DNA of 64,000 bases from Mycobacteriales bacterium. Its GTDB lineage: Bacteria > Actinomycetota > Actinomycetes > Mycobacteriales > Pseudonocardiaceae. The notes under the pieces were generated by a model, which worked only from the letters and a program-made list of their open reading frames with translations, was not told the origin of the DNA and ran no database searches. Both the position numbers and the translations under genes were made by a program. Positions 21,592-31,251 of the stretch are shown here, in pieces (within the stretch, counting starts at the first letter, position 1; each line of letters starts with the position of its first letter). The DNA is taken from contig JBBSQN010000002.1 in the NCBI GenBank assembly GCA_038257875.1, positions 20,276 through 84,275 of the forward strand, written 5' to 3'.

Positions 21592-22692
21592 TCAGGGTCG
21601 TGTCGAGGACGCTGAGCGCACGGTTCCGGCGATCATGACGTCGGCGGCGGCGCGGTGGTGCGGGGTGGGACGGCGGGTGCTGGTGGTATCTGTGGGCCCG
21701 GCCGATCGGGTGTCATCGCCCGCGGCATCGCGCTCGTCGGTCGCGGGCTCCGGGGTGCTGGTGGTGTGCGCGGCACCAGTGGTGGAGCCGTTCGGAGTCG
21801 TCGCGCCGTTGTGCTGCGGGCCTTTGGCTGGCTTCTCCGGAAGTGGGGTGAGCACGTCGAGGGAGCCCTCCAAGACAGTGCGCATACCGTCCAGTTGTTC
21901 GATGATCCGTTTGCGCAGCACGATGAGCTCCGCGACCTGGCGCTTGACGTTGGCGACGATGGCGCGGGCGGTCGCCGCTGCCGATTCCTGCAGCTTGTCG
22001 ATCTCGCGCTGGGCCTCCAACCGCTCGGCCGCGAGCCCCTCCAGTGCCTCGGCGCGGCGCTGGTCCATCGCGATGGTGAAGTCCTCCTCGACCAACGTCC
22101 GCCGTGCCTCGGACTCCGCCCATACCCGGGCTTGTTCCTGCTCGGCCCGGGCGGCGTCGGCCGCGATCCGCTGCTCGGACGCCGCGCGGTCGGCGGTGAG
22201 CTGCTCGTGGGTCGCCTGCTGCTTCGCCTCGAGCTCGGCGCGAGCCCGAGCGAGATCCTGCCCGACTCGCTCGGCGTCGGCGTGGGCACTGAACCGGACG
22301 GCGTCGGCCTCCGCCTGGGCGGCCGCGATGGTCTGCGCAGCCTGCAGGTCGGCTTCGCGGGTGCGCCGGTTGACCTCGGTCTTGGCGCGGCTGAGCATCT
22401 CGTCCACTTCGTCCTCAGCCAGCCGGAGCATCGAGCGCATCCGCTCGCTCATGCCCTGCACGCTCTTCGGCGGGCCGACGTGGGCGCGCAGCTTCTCGGC
22501 GCGCACCCGGGCTTCGTCCAGCTCCCGGGCGAGTTGGACGGACTGGTCGACCGCGGCGTCGCGATCGGTGGTGAGGATGCGGATCTCGGCGTCCAGCCTG
22601 CGCAGGTGCGTGTCGACCTGCCCCTGCTCATAGCCTTTGCGGACGACCTCGAAGCCGTTGTCGAGCGGGGGCACAGCGGGGTCTCCGGCCAT
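21592..22692 (-). CDS. DivIVA-domain coiled-coil protein
   Basis: Start at ATG 22692 (MAGDPAVPPLDNGFEVVRKGYEQGQVDTHL, a typical DivIVA N-terminus), followed by about 250 aa of A/E/R/Q-rich coiled coil. The part of ORF 21592..23166 upstream of 22692 is read-through shadow. Confidence 0.75.
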   Translation of the reverse strand: MAGDPAVPPLDNGFEVVRKGYEQGQVDTHLRRLDAEIRILTTDRDAAVDQSVQLARELDEARVRAEKLRAHVGPPKSVQGMSERMRSMLRLAEDEVDEMLSRAKTEVNRRTREADLQAAQTIAAAQAEADAVRFSAHADAERVGQDLARARAELEAKQQATHEQLTADRAASEQRIAADAARAEQEQARVWAESEARRTLVEEDFTIAMDQRRAEALEGLAAERLEAQREIDKLQESAAATARAIVANVKRQVAELIVLRKRIIEQLDGMRTVLEGSLDVLTPLPEKPAKGPQHNGATTPNGSTTGAAHTTSTPEPATDERDAAGDDTRSAGPTDTTSTRRPTPHHRAAADVMIAGTVRSASSTRP

Positions 22693-22759
22693 CCGCACAT
22701 GGTAGCGGCCGTACACCCGGCCGGTGACTGAACGCCCCGCTTCGGAATCTCCTCGCCTG

Positions 22760-23197
22760 TCAGTGCGTGCTGTGCGCCGCGGGTTCGACGAGTTCGACGA
22801 GTACCCCACCGGCGTCCTTCGGGTGCACGAAGTTGATCCGCGAGCCCGCGGTGCCCCGGCGCGGCTCGTCGTAGAGCAACCGCAGGCCCTTGCTCCGCAG
22901 GGCCGCGCAGGCCGCGTCGACGTCGGTGACGCGGTAGGCCAGCTGCTGGATGCCGGGGCCGTTGCGGTCGAGGAACCTGCCGATCGGCGAGTCCGGCCGC
23001 AGCGGGGCGAGGAGCTGGACCGCGGCCCCGGTGTCGCCGGGTGCGCAGAGCATGGCCTCGCGGACACCCTGTTCCTCGTTGGTCTCGGTGTGGGTGACCA
23101 CGAGACCGAACGTCGAGGCGTACCACGCGATGGCCGCGTCGAGGTCGGAGACTGCGATGCCGACATGGTCCACCCCGACGACCGTGTGCTCTCCCAT
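22760..23197 (-). CDS. VOC-family protein, methylmalonyl-CoA epimerase-like
   Basis: 145 aa from ATG 23197: [14 protein letters not shown]...FG...H.E......V...ML......VQLL.P......I..FL...G.G.QQLAYRV.D...A...L...G. The remainder of the 735-aa ORF 22760..24967 is a shadow frame. Confidence 0.85.
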   Translation of the reverse strand: MGEHTVVGVDHVGIAVSDLDAAIAWYASTFGLVVTHTETNEEQGVREAMLCAPGDTGAAVQLLAPLRPDSPIGRFLDRNGPGIQQLAYRVTDVDAACAALRSKGLRLLYDEPRRGTAGSRINFVHPKDAGGVLVELVEPAAHSTH

Positions 23198-23335
23198 GCC
23201 GGAAATGTAATCCGAGGCGCTCTGACATGGGCTTGTGCGGCGCATCACGACTCCGATCGGGATGCGAGCCGGGATCGTCGCAGACCTCGCCGGGTATCGT
23301 CGGTTAACCTCGCCACTGCAGCCGCTGGAGGAACC

Positions 23336-24493
23336 GTGTCCGGATCGGTCATCGTGGCCGCGGCTCGCACCCCGATGGGACGGCTGCTGGGCTCGCTGCG
23401 GAACTTCTCGGGTGCCCAGCTCGGTGGGGTCGCGATCAAGGCTGCGCTGGAGCGTGCCGGTGTCTCCCCGGGCCAGGTGCAGTACGTGATCATGGGCCAG
23501 GTACTCACGGCCGGGGCCGGCCAGATCCCCGCTCGACAGGCCGCGGTGGCCGCGGGTATCCCCATGGACGTGCCGGCCCTGACGATCAACAAGGTGTGCC
23601 TGTCCGGCATCGACGCGATCGCGCTCGCCGACCAGCTCATCCGCGCCGGCGAGTTCGACGTCGTCGTGGCCGGTGGCCAGGAGTCGATGACCCAGGCCCC
23701 GCACCTGCTCGGCAAGTCCCGCGAGGGTTTCAAGTACGGCGACGTCAGCATGCTCGACCATATGGCCCACGATGGCCTGTTCTGCGCGTTCGACCAGGTC
23801 GCGATGGGCGCAGCCACCGAGAAGTACAACGGCCGCTACGCGCTGACGCGCGCCGAGCAGGACGAGTTCTCCGCCCGCTCGCACCAGCGCGCTGCCCTCG
23901 CCGCGACCAACGGGGTGTTCGACGAGGAGGTCGCGCCGGTGTCGATCCCGCAGCGCACGGGCGATCCGATCGCGTTCGCCATCGACGAGGGCATCCGCGC
24001 CGACACCACCACGGAGCGCCTCGGCAGGCTCCGTCCGGCATTTTCTTCCGACGGCACGATCACCGCCGGATCGGCCTCGCAGATCTCCGACGGCGCCGCT
24101 GCCGCCGTGGTGATGAGCGCAGCGAAGGCCGCGGGGCTGGGCCTGCCCTGGCTGGCCGAGATCGGTGCCCACGGCGTCGTCGCCGGGCCGGACGCCAGCC
24201 TGCATGAGCAGCCGGCCAACGCGATCGTGAAGGCGTGCGCCAAGGAGGGCATCGAGCCTGCCGATCTCGACCTCGTGGAGATCAACGAGGCGTTCGCCGC
24301 CGTCGGCATCGTGTCGGCGCGCAAGCTGGGGCTCGACGAGGAGAAGGTCAACGTCAACGGCGGGGCGATCGCGCTCGGTCATCCGATCGGCATGTCCGGT
24401 GCCCGCATCGTCGGGCACCTCGCATTGGAGCTCAGGCGCCGCGGTGGCGGCGTCGGCGCGGCGGGGCTCTGCGGGGGCCGGTGGCCAAGGTGA
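23336..24493 (+). CDS. Acetyl-CoA C-acetyltransferase (thiolase II) with an aberrant C-terminus (apparent +1 indel)
   Basis: GTG 23336 is preceded by GGAGGA. Motifs present: active-site Cys context [32 protein letters not shown] and GLCGG. After LCGG the frame reads RWPR*, but dropping one C at 24478/24479 restores the canonical [14 protein letters not shown]... ending at 24527. Confidence 0.88.
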   Translation: MSGSVIVAAARTPMGRLLGSLRNFSGAQLGGVAIKAALERAGVSPGQVQYVIMGQVLTAGAGQIPARQAAVAAGIPMDVPALTINKVCLSGIDAIALADQLIRAGEFDVVVAGGQESMTQAPHLLGKSREGFKYGDVSMLDHMAHDGLFCAFDQVAMGAATEKYNGRYALTRAEQDEFSARSHQRAALAATNGVFDEEVAPVSIPQRTGDPIAFAIDEGIRADTTTERLGRLRPAFSSDGTITAGSASQISDGAAAAVVMSAAKAAGLGLPWLAEIGAHGVVAGPDASLHEQPANAIVKACAKEGIEPADLDLVEINEAFAAVGIVSARKLGLDEEKVNVNGGAIALGHPIGMSGARIVGHLALELRRRGGGVGAAGLCGGRWPR

Positions 24494-24578
24494 CGCCCTG
24501 ATCGTCCGCGTGCCGATGACGCGCTGAACTCGGCTGAAGCGGGCTCGGTGGTGCCGACCTGGCCCGGTGCGGCGGCGG

Positions 24579-25748
24579 TCACGGCGTGGTGCCGAGCGCG
24601 GACAACCGCGCCGGGATCCGCTCGGAGCCGATGCTCCTGGCCAGCTCCCGCGCGGCCCGCGCGTGCTCAGCTGCCTCGTCCGGACGGGTGGTCGCGAGCG
24701 CGAGCGCGAGGTCGGCGTGGACGGCCGCCCGGTGCCGGGCCGATCGGGGGCGGGCGGCGAGCGCGCGCTCCAGCAGACCGACAGCGGTCGCGTCCCCGAG
24801 CTCGACCAGCGTGCGACCGTGCCAGCGGTGCAGGTCGGCCAGCTCCACCACCGGGCTTCCCCGGCGGGTGACCACGTCCACCGGGGTGCGGCGCCAGCTC
24901 CGCTCGGCCGCGGTGATGGCCTCCCGGGCCGCCGTGTCCTCGCCCGCCGCGGCGCAGGTGAGGGCACGTGCCGCGGCCAACCGGACCTGCGCGTTCTCCG
25001 ACGCGGTCGGGTCGGCGTGGTCGAGCAGCGCGCCGGCCGCCGCCACCTCGTCCACGTCGACCAACACCGCGGCCTGCCCGGCGACGGCGACAGCCACGGG
25101 CAGTCCGGCCTCCTGCGCCGCGGTGCGGGCGCGGTCGTACCGGCGCCAGGCCTCGTCGTGGCGACCGCGGTCGAGCGCCTGGGACCCGGCCAGCGCCGCT
25201 GCCCCTGCCAGGACGCCCGCCACCGCGGTGCGCGCCGCGGGCGCGAGCGTGTAGGTCAGCGTGTCGTCGAGCTGCTCGACCTGCGCGCGGACCAGCTCGC
25301 CCGCCCCGGCCGCGCCCAGCTCGTCGTCGATCCTGCTGGCGACGGCGAGCTGTTCCCGCCACAGGTCCAGCGCGGTGTGCTCGACCGCGACGGCAGCAGC
25401 GATGCCGGCCCGGAGCCGGTCCGCCGCGACGGGCGGAGTGCTCTGGTCCGGGCCTTCGACACCGAGCTCCTGGGGAGTGCGGCCGTACAGCTCGCCGAGG
25501 AGAGCCCGGTACTGCGACTCCGGTAGCGCGTGGCCGTTCTCCCATCGGGACAGCAGTGTCTTCAGGCTGGCCGCCACCGCGACCGGCTGGCCCCGGGCCC
25601 GGGCCAGGGCCGCCAGCTCCCGGGCCGCATCGGCCTGCGACCAGCCACGTGCAGTGCGGGCCGCGCGCAGGCCCGTGGATACAGCTCGATCGGTCACGTC
25701 AGCTCCTCGCTGGCTTGTCACACGCCCCAGACTGTCGGAGTCGGCCAT
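24579..25748 (-). CDS. XRE-family HTH regulator with a long C-terminal helical-repeat (TPR-like) domain
   Basis: HTH LRAARTARGWSQADAARELA...LSRWENG, then about 280 aa of Ala-rich helical repeats. The likely start is ATG 25748 (MADSDS); the ORF-track start is a TTG at 25757. Confidence 0.75.
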   Translation of the reverse strand: MADSDSLGRVTSQRGADVTDRAVSTGLRAARTARGWSQADAARELAALARARGQPVAVAASLKTLLSRWENGHALPESQYRALLGELYGRTPQELGVEGPDQSTPPVAADRLRAGIAAAVAVEHTALDLWREQLAVASRIDDELGAAGAGELVRAQVEQLDDTLTYTLAPAARTAVAGVLAGAAALAGSQALDRGRHDEAWRRYDRARTAAQEAGLPVAVAVAGQAAVLVDVDEVAAAGALLDHADPTASENAQVRLAAARALTCAAAGEDTAAREAITAAERSWRRTPVDVVTRRGSPVVELADLHRWHGRTLVELGDATAVGLLERALAARPRSARHRAAVHADLALALATTRPDEAAEHARAARELARSIGSERIPARLSALGTTP

Positions 25749-25752
25749 TACT

Positions 25753-25784
25753 GTCAACGGCGTTGACGCAACAGCGCGTCAACG
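25753..25784. promoter_or_regulatory. Candidate operator: three GTCAAC/GTTGAC half-sites forming two overlapping palindromes
   Basis: GTCAAC-GGC-GTTGAC spans 25753-25767. A perfect 9-bp-arm palindrome, CGTTGACGC-N6-GCGTCAACG, spans 25761-25784. Both lie directly upstream of the XRE start and of a divergent small ORF. Confidence 0.4.
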
Positions 25785-25802
25785 GCTGTCGAGGAGGCGG
25801 AC

Positions 25803-26027
25803 ATGAATCTGACGACATACTCGTTATGCGTGCTGGCGGGATCGACCGGTGGGATGATCACCGGTTACTACGCGGGTCGGGGGCGCCCTCGACGGCGGCC
25901 GGCGAGCCGGGCAGCACATCGTCAGACGATGCGGTCCTGGCCGGGTCCCCGCCGTCGCGACCCACGGCGGCCCGACGGTGGTCGGGACGCGGGAACCGGT
26001 CGGCCGGGCGGCGGACCGCGCACGTGA
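25803..26027 (+). CDS. Hypothetical small protein (74 aa; hydrophobic N-terminus, Arg/Pro-rich tail)
   Basis: Strong RBS GAGGAGG (25791-25797) 5 nt before ATG 25803, divergent from the XRE gene. The composition of the tail is shadow-frame-like, so coding status is uncertain. Confidence 0.3.
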   Translation: MNLTTYSLCVLAGSTGGMITGYYAGRGRPRRRPASRAAHRQTMRSWPGPRRRDPRRPDGGRDAGTGRPGGGPRT

Positions 26028-26058
26028 CCGCGTCCTACCGGCTTGTGGCGCAGGACCG

Positions 26059-26562
26059 TCAGTCGAAGTCGCCCGCTGCTCGGCGCACCTTCCCGAGCAG
26101 GTCGGTCAGCTGGGTCTCCTGGTCGGGAGTGAGTCCTTCGAGGCCGAAGTCGATCTCGGTGACCGACTTCGTCGCGTCCTCCAGCAGGGCGGACCCGGCG
26201 TCGGTGATCTCCACCAGTGTGGCGCGCCGATCCGTCGGATGCGGGGTTCGGCGTACGAGCCCCTCGGCCTGCAGCCGGTCCACGATATTGGTCACGCTCG
26301 TCGGGTGCAGCTGCAGCCGCTCGCCCATCACCCGCATCGGCAGCCTCCCGGCCCGGGAGAACGTCAACAGCACCAGCGCCTCGTACCGGGCGAAGGTCAG
26401 GCCGTGCGGGCGCAGGGCTGCGTCCACCGCGGACAGCAGGATCTGTTGCACCCGCATCACACTGGTCACAGCCGCCATGGTGCGCGCGGGCCCGATCCGC
26501 TCGTCCCAGAGTGCCGCGGCCCGCATGATCGGGTCGAACGGCAGCGGGTCACGGCGGGCCAT
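26059..26562 (-). CDS. MarR family transcriptional regulator
   Basis: Winged-helix region LTFARYEALVLL....G.LPMRVMGERLQLHPTSVTNIVDRLQAEGLVRR.PHPTDRRATLVEIT. The start is taken at ATG 26562. Confidence 0.85.
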   Translation of the reverse strand: MARRDPLPFDPIMRAAALWDERIGPARTMAAVTSVMRVQQILLSAVDAALRPHGLTFARYEALVLLTFSRAGRLPMRVMGERLQLHPTSVTNIVDRLQAEGLVRRTPHPTDRRATLVEITDAGSALLEDATKSVTEIDFGLEGLTPDQETQLTDLLGKVRRAAGDFD

Positions 26563-26955
26563 GACCGGCGACGCTAGCAGTGCGGCACTCGGACCCCGGG
26601 CCACGGCAGCCTGGCGCAATCGGTCGGGGGGCGAGGTCGGACTCGGTGGCCGGAGGTCGCGAGCGCCGCCGTCGTTGCAGCAGGCTGTCGGCCATGCTCT
26701 TCGCCTTCAGCATTGCTCCCGCGGGGATCGGCTCGGACAGCGTCGGTGACGTCACCTGGGATGAGGGGATGACGGTGGTCAGGCCAAGGTCCAGCGGGTG
26801 GAGCGGGCGCTCGAGGATGAGGAGGGAGCGCGGTAGGCGAGGCGTCCGGGTGGTTCCGGGCCGATCGCGGTCACAGCCAGAAGGTCGCCAGCTGATCTTC
26901 CAGGGTGAGCCTCTGGCTCGTGACTGCGATCGGAGGCCCGGTTGCGGTGACCGCG

Positions 26956-27249
26956 TCAGAGCCGGGCGATGTTCAGGGTGAAGAAGAAGACACCGACCAG
27001 GATGGCCGCCAGACCGAGAAACATGGCGATCTTCGCCTGCTTCTCGGAGACCGGGCGGCGGACGGCGGCGGCACCCAGACCGATCGCGGTGGCGCCGAAG
27101 ACCCACCCGAGGATCGAGATCGGGCTGGCGAGCAGCGCGAGAGCACCGACAATCAGGGCCACCTTGCCGAGGGTGGTGCTCTCACTCTTGGCGGTCTTCT
27201 TGCGGGCGTCGTTGAGCAGGCGGTCGGCGACGGTGTTCTCCGTGCTCAT
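26956..27249 (-). CDS. Small membrane protein (DUF4190-like, two TM helices)
   Basis: 97 aa from ATG 27249, preceded by GAAGGAA. Two hydrophobic helices (VALIVGALALLASPISILGWVFGATAIGLG; IAMFLGLAAILVGVFFF). Confidence 0.55.
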   Translation of the reverse strand: MSTENTVADRLLNDARKKTAKSESTTLGKVALIVGALALLASPISILGWVFGATAIGLGAAAVRRPVSEKQAKIAMFLGLAAILVGVFFFTLNIARL

Positions 27250-27841
27250 GCAGGTTCCTTCGGGTGCGGAAGCCGCGTATCGCGGCCGAGCGGATGTCCG
27301 GGCTGAGCGGCACGAGTGTCGCTCACACCTCGTCAACGAGTGACATCGGTACCTGGGTGCTCCGCCGATCGGTGATCGCTCAGGGGTGCTGCACCCCGAG
27401 GGATCGGCACTGCGACTGCGAAGCGTGACCGAAGTCGACCGGATCGGGGGATATTTCACGAAGACCTCTACGAGCGCCGACCGGCTTCCGCAAGGCGCGA
27501 TCCACCGCGCTTCGCGGTGCTTGCTCGGTGCCGAATTCGGTGAGCACCTCGGGAGGTGACGTCCCAGCGCTGTTCACCGAGGCCCGGAGCCTTCTCCGGG
27601 ACGCTTGTCCTCCTTGCCGACGACCACGCGACGAACCCTGCGGGGTCGCACCGGAGGGTGGGAGAGGCATCACGGGTGGTTCACTGAACGTGACCTACCC
27701 GCTGATGGCGTGCCGATGACGCAATGCCGGGCCCTGTGTGTCGCGGTCGAGGCGCACGCCGACCTCGATGCGTGCCAGGATAACAGCGTGTCCCGACCCG
27801 ATCCTCGCACGCGCACCCAGACGGCCCCGTTGTCGTCCGCC

Positions 27842-28753
27842 ATGGCCAGCGCAGTCGATCTCTCCGCCCTGAAGGCCCGCTCCGACGCATCCGCTCGTCC
27901 GCAGCCGCTGGCGGCGGGTCCGAGCAGCGGCACGAGTTTCGTCATCGACGTCACCGACCAGAGCTTCCAAGCCGACGTCCTGGAGCGGTCGCTGGACGTC
28001 CCGGTCATCGTCGACCTCTGGGCTACCTGGTGCGGCCCGTGCAAGCAGCTCTCCCCAGTGCTGGAGCGCCTCGCTCAGGCCGGCAACGGGGCCTGGATCC
28101 TGGCCAAGGTCGACGTCGACGCCAACCCGCGGATCGCGCAGGCCTTCAGCGTCCAGTCCCTCCCGATGGTGGTGGCCGTCGCCCAGGGGCAGCCGATCGA
28201 CGCGTTCACCGGGGCCCAGCCGGAGCCCCAGATCCGCCAGTGGATCACCTCGTTGCTCGACGCGATGCGCGAGCGGATGGCGGCGATCCACGCGGCGGAA
28301 GCCGGTGGCGGTGCCGTCGGCGACGAACCGGCCGAGGAACCTGAGGACCCGCGCTTCACCGCCGCCGAGGACGCCCTGCAGCGAGGTGACTACCTCGCGG
28401 CGGAGGCCGCCTACGAGCAGATCCTCACCGCCGAGCCAGCTAACGAGCAGGCTACGGCAGCGCTGTCTCAGGTGCGGTTCCTGGCGCGGGCGGCGAAGGT
28501 GGACCCGGCGGCCGTGGCCCGCGCCGACACCGCACCGGACGACATCGACGCGCAGCTTGCCGCAGCCGATGTCGAGGTGGCCGGTGACCGGGCCGAGGCG
28601 GCGTTCGCACGGCTCGTGGCGACGGTAGGCCGGACCTCCGGTGCGGAGCGGGATCGTGTCCGCGAGCACCTCGTCGGCCTGTTCGAGCTGTTCGTGGCGG
28701 ATGACCAGCGGGTCGCCGCAGCTCGACGGGCACTGGCCCGCGCCCTGTTCTGA
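27842..28753 (+). CDS. Thioredoxin-domain protein with a C-terminal TPR-like domain (YbbN/CnoX-like)
   Basis: In-frame ATG 27842. Thioredoxin motif [11 protein letters not shown], then helical repeats ([13 protein letters not shown]...). It matches the thioredoxin-like gene expected in this synteny block. Confidence 0.88.
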   Translation: MASAVDLSALKARSDASARPQPLAAGPSSGTSFVIDVTDQSFQADVLERSLDVPVIVDLWATWCGPCKQLSPVLERLAQAGNGAWILAKVDVDANPRIAQAFSVQSLPMVVAVAQGQPIDAFTGAQPEPQIRQWITSLLDAMRERMAAIHAAEAGGGAVGDEPAEEPEDPRFTAAEDALQRGDYLAAEAAYEQILTAEPANEQATAALSQVRFLARAAKVDPAAVARADTAPDDIDAQLAAADVEVAGDRAEAAFARLVATVGRTSGAERDRVREHLVGLFELFVADDQRVAAARRALARALF

Positions 28754-28783
28754 GCCGAGGTCCTGCTCCCGTAGTGCCAGCGG

Positions 28784-30148
28784 TCACGGCGTCGGCAGGC
28801 AGCGGTCGGGGCCGTCCAGCAGCCCGGCACGGAATCGGCCGACGCGGTCGAACCCGTGCGCGCCGTGCTCGGCCACCCCGGTGGCGTCGCGTGCGGCCCA
28901 GTCGCCCTCGAGCAGCACCTGCACCGCCTCGTCGAGATCGCCGGGGGAGAGCGAGAAGGTGCCGTCGGGGTCGATCAATCGGCCGGTGTACGCGCCGGCC
29001 AGGCACACCGCGGCTGCACCTGCTGCCGACCCGGTGGTGTCCGCGCCGGCCGCATCCAGGGCGGCCAGGCCGTAGCGGCTTGCCACGAGCGTGGCGCCGG
29101 CGTAGTCACCGAGTCGCTGGTGAAACGGACCGAGCTCGTCGGGGTCGACGGACACCGCGCCGTCGGCTGCGCAGAACCGCGCCGGTCCCTGTGCGGCGAG
29201 CTCGCGGGCCGGGCACCCTCCGGTGGCACGCAGCGGCGGCGCCTGCCAGCCGGGTACGCGCCCGGCCGCCACGGTGGTGAACCAGTCGCGCGCGTCGTTC
29301 TCCACGGCGGTGAGCAGCTGGGACAGCGGGAGGTCGCCGCCACGGGTGAGGTCGTCCACGGAGCCGAACCTGCGCTGGGTGAACGCGCGGTTGTCCAGGC
29401 TCATGTCGGCGCAGCGGGTGGCACCGTCGAGATAGCCGTCCTGGAACGCGGAGACGCGGTCGAACGCGTTGCCGTGCGCGCTCTGGTGACTCGGGTCCAC
29501 CCCGAGCGGGTCGCGGAACCCCACGAGAGCCAGCAGCGCCTCGTCGCGCTCGCTCGCGCCGAGGGGCAGGCCCGCGATGGGCCGGTCGGCCAGGTGGGCG
29601 AGCGCGACGCCCGCGTAGCAGTCGGCCATGGCCTCCAGCAGGATCGTCGGGTACCGCCCAGGATTGCGGGCCTGCGCCTCGTCGAGCCCGAGTCGGGTCT
29701 GCACCGCGTGCCCCACCTCATGGGCCAACACGACCACGACGCCGGCGGGCCCGAACCTCTTGTGCAGTTCGGGGATGAAGCCGTCGGCGTCCCAGACCAC
29801 GGCGTCGGCTGTTGTGCAGTAGAGCGCCTGGTTCGCGAGCTCGGCGACGCGATCGAGGCACGGTGGGGCTGGGGCGTCGGCGTCGGCGGTGTCCACGGGC
29901 GTGAAGGTGGCGATGTCGGTCCACTCGCGGCCGAACGTGGCGGGGAACCGGTCACGCCAGAGCTCCTGCAGGGTGGCGGTGGCAGTGGCGGCGACCTGCT
30001 CGGCGCTCAGCGGGAGCGCGACGGTGGGTCGCACGGCTGTCGCCTGGCCGGGTACGACCTGCGCGCAGCCCGTGACCAGGACGGCCAGCGCGACCCCGGC
30101 GGCGAGCGCGACCGTGCGGAGGGTGTGGTCCGGAGTGCGCGTCGACAC
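28784..30148 (-). CDS. Putative neutral zinc metallopeptidase lipoprotein
   Basis: Signal/lipobox LAVLVTGCAQ and HExxH motif VVLAHEVGHAVQ. 454 aa. Confidence 0.78.
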   Translation of the reverse strand: MSTRTPDHTLRTVALAAGVALAVLVTGCAQVVPGQATAVRPTVALPLSAEQVAATATATLQELWRDRFPATFGREWTDIATFTPVDTADADAPAPPCLDRVAELANQALYCTTADAVVWDADGFIPELHKRFGPAGVVVVLAHEVGHAVQTRLGLDEAQARNPGRYPTILLEAMADCYAGVALAHLADRPIAGLPLGASERDEALLALVGFRDPLGVDPSHQSAHGNAFDRVSAFQDGYLDGATRCADMSLDNRAFTQRRFGSVDDLTRGGDLPLSQLLTAVENDARDWFTTVAAGRVPGWQAPPLRATGGCPARELAAQGPARFCAADGAVSVDPDELGPFHQRLGDYAGATLVASRYGLAALDAAGADTTGSAAGAAAVCLAGAYTGRLIDPDGTFSLSPGDLDEAVQVLLEGDWAARDATGVAEHGAHGFDRVGRFRAGLLDGPDRCLPTP

Positions 30149-30306
30149 AGCCTCATCATCCCTGCCGAGTCACCGCGCGAGAGCGGTTAGCCGCTGACAG
30201 ACCGGCGTGCAGCGGTAGGGGTCGCGGGTGCCCGTCCTGCGGAGTGGTCGCCGCGTTCGGGATCGGCCAGTGCCCAGCCGGAGCGACCGACACCGTCTGT
30301 TCGAAC

Positions 30307-30744
30307 TCATTCGTCGAGTGCCGCAGGGTGGTCCCGCAGCGCCGCGAGGAACGATCGCAGGTCTGCCGAGCCCGAGATTGCGACGGCATGGAGGCGCACC
30401 AGGTCGAGCCGCCCGTAGTTGTGGACGAGCAAGTTGCGGAACCCGGCCGCTCGGGCGAGCCGTTCGGCGAGCTCGACCGGGACCACGTCAGCCTCGGCGA
30501 GCTGGCGGAACCCGTCGGCATAGGTGGGTGGGCTGCCCAAGCCGAGCCGCACGCACGACGAGACGGCCAGGTCGAGGACTACCTGGATCGCCTGCCATAG
30601 GTGCAGGACGACTGTGTCCGTCGTCGAGGTCATCGGTTGCAGGTCCGTCGGATCCGTGGGCAGGTGCGCGGCGACGCGGTCGAGGTGGCGCTCAACGGTC
30701 GCGGCCCGTTCGGCGAGCAGCTCGCGGTCGATGCCCGGGTTCAT
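30307..30744 (-). CDS. hepT: HepT-like (DUF86) RNase toxin of a type VII toxin-antitoxin pair
   Basis: 145 aa from ATG 30744, with an Rx4HxY active-site motif (RNLLVHNY). The start overlaps the stop of the upstream nucleotidyltransferase gene (ATGA at 30741-30744). Confidence 0.85.
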   Translation of the reverse strand: MNPGIDRELLAERAATVERHLDRVAAHLPTDPTDLQPMTSTTDTVVLHLWQAIQVVLDLAVSSCVRLGLGSPPTYADGFRQLAEADVVPVELAERLARAAGFRNLLVHNYGRLDLVRLHAVAISGSADLRSFLAALRDHPAALDE

Positions 30745-31127
30745 CCCAACGCCGCCAGCACCTCGTCCTGCGCTGCCCGGATCACCGGTCCCGCGTCGCA
30801 CCAGAACCGTACGGCCTCGATCTGGAACTGCTCGAACTCGCCGGCAGGTTGCTCGATCAGTGGTGCGCCGTCCCGGGCTGTACGGAACCGCAGCAGTGCG
30901 CTCGCCGTGGCGAGGTCGACGACGTCGACTGCGTCAGTACCGAGAACGGTGATGAGCGCGACGACCAGCCCGGTGATGTCGAAGTGGTTGTCGGCCAGGA
31001 ACGCGAGGTCCCAGTCCGAGTGTGGTCCCGCGTCGCCCCGGCCGTGCGAGCCATGCAGTACCAGCAGGCGCAGCCCGGCTACCTCGGGGCGGCCGTGCAG
31101 CTGGGCTGCAAGCTGGTCGGGCGTCAT
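30741..31127 (-). CDS. mntA: MntA-like minimal nucleotidyltransferase antitoxin
   Basis: 128 aa with the GSxxRG...DxD polymerase-beta NTase motif (HGSHGRGDAGPHSDWDLAF). Confidence 0.85.
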   Translation of the reverse strand: MTPDQLAAQLHGRPEVAGLRLLVLHGSHGRGDAGPHSDWDLAFLADNHFDITGLVVALITVLGTDAVDVVDLATASALLRFRTARDGAPLIEQPAGEFEQFQIEAVRFWCDAGPVIRAAQDEVLAALG

Positions 31128-31251
31128 GGGAGGCCAGCGTACGCGTCGCCGCCGTTGTCGATTCGTTGAGCGCAGGCAGCGGCTCGTCTGTGTGCAGGTT
31201 CGCGCCCACCGCGTCTGTCTACGTTCCTGCGATCAGGTGGGGAAGCGGTCT

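Noticed and set aside
22693-23166. Upstream extension of the DivIVA-like ORF, plus the 735-aa ORF 22760..24967
   Set aside because: These are read-through shadow frames. The real genes in this interval are the 145-aa VOC/epimerase (start 23197, minus strand) and the thiolase on the opposite strand, both with clear family motifs.
24968-26749. 593-aa plus-strand ORF covering the XRE and MarR loci
   Set aside because: The sequence is extremely Arg/Pro/Ala-rich (RRPPPPRPRRPTPRPARRRR...). It is antisense to two regulators with clear HTH motifs, so it is not credible as coding.
27380-27673. 97-aa minus-strand ORF in the long intergenic region upstream of the thioredoxin gene
   Set aside because: It is Arg/Ser/Gly/Pro-rich, with no RBS, no recognisable domain and poor third-position GC bias. 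I kept the region only as a 'long non-coding interval' finding.
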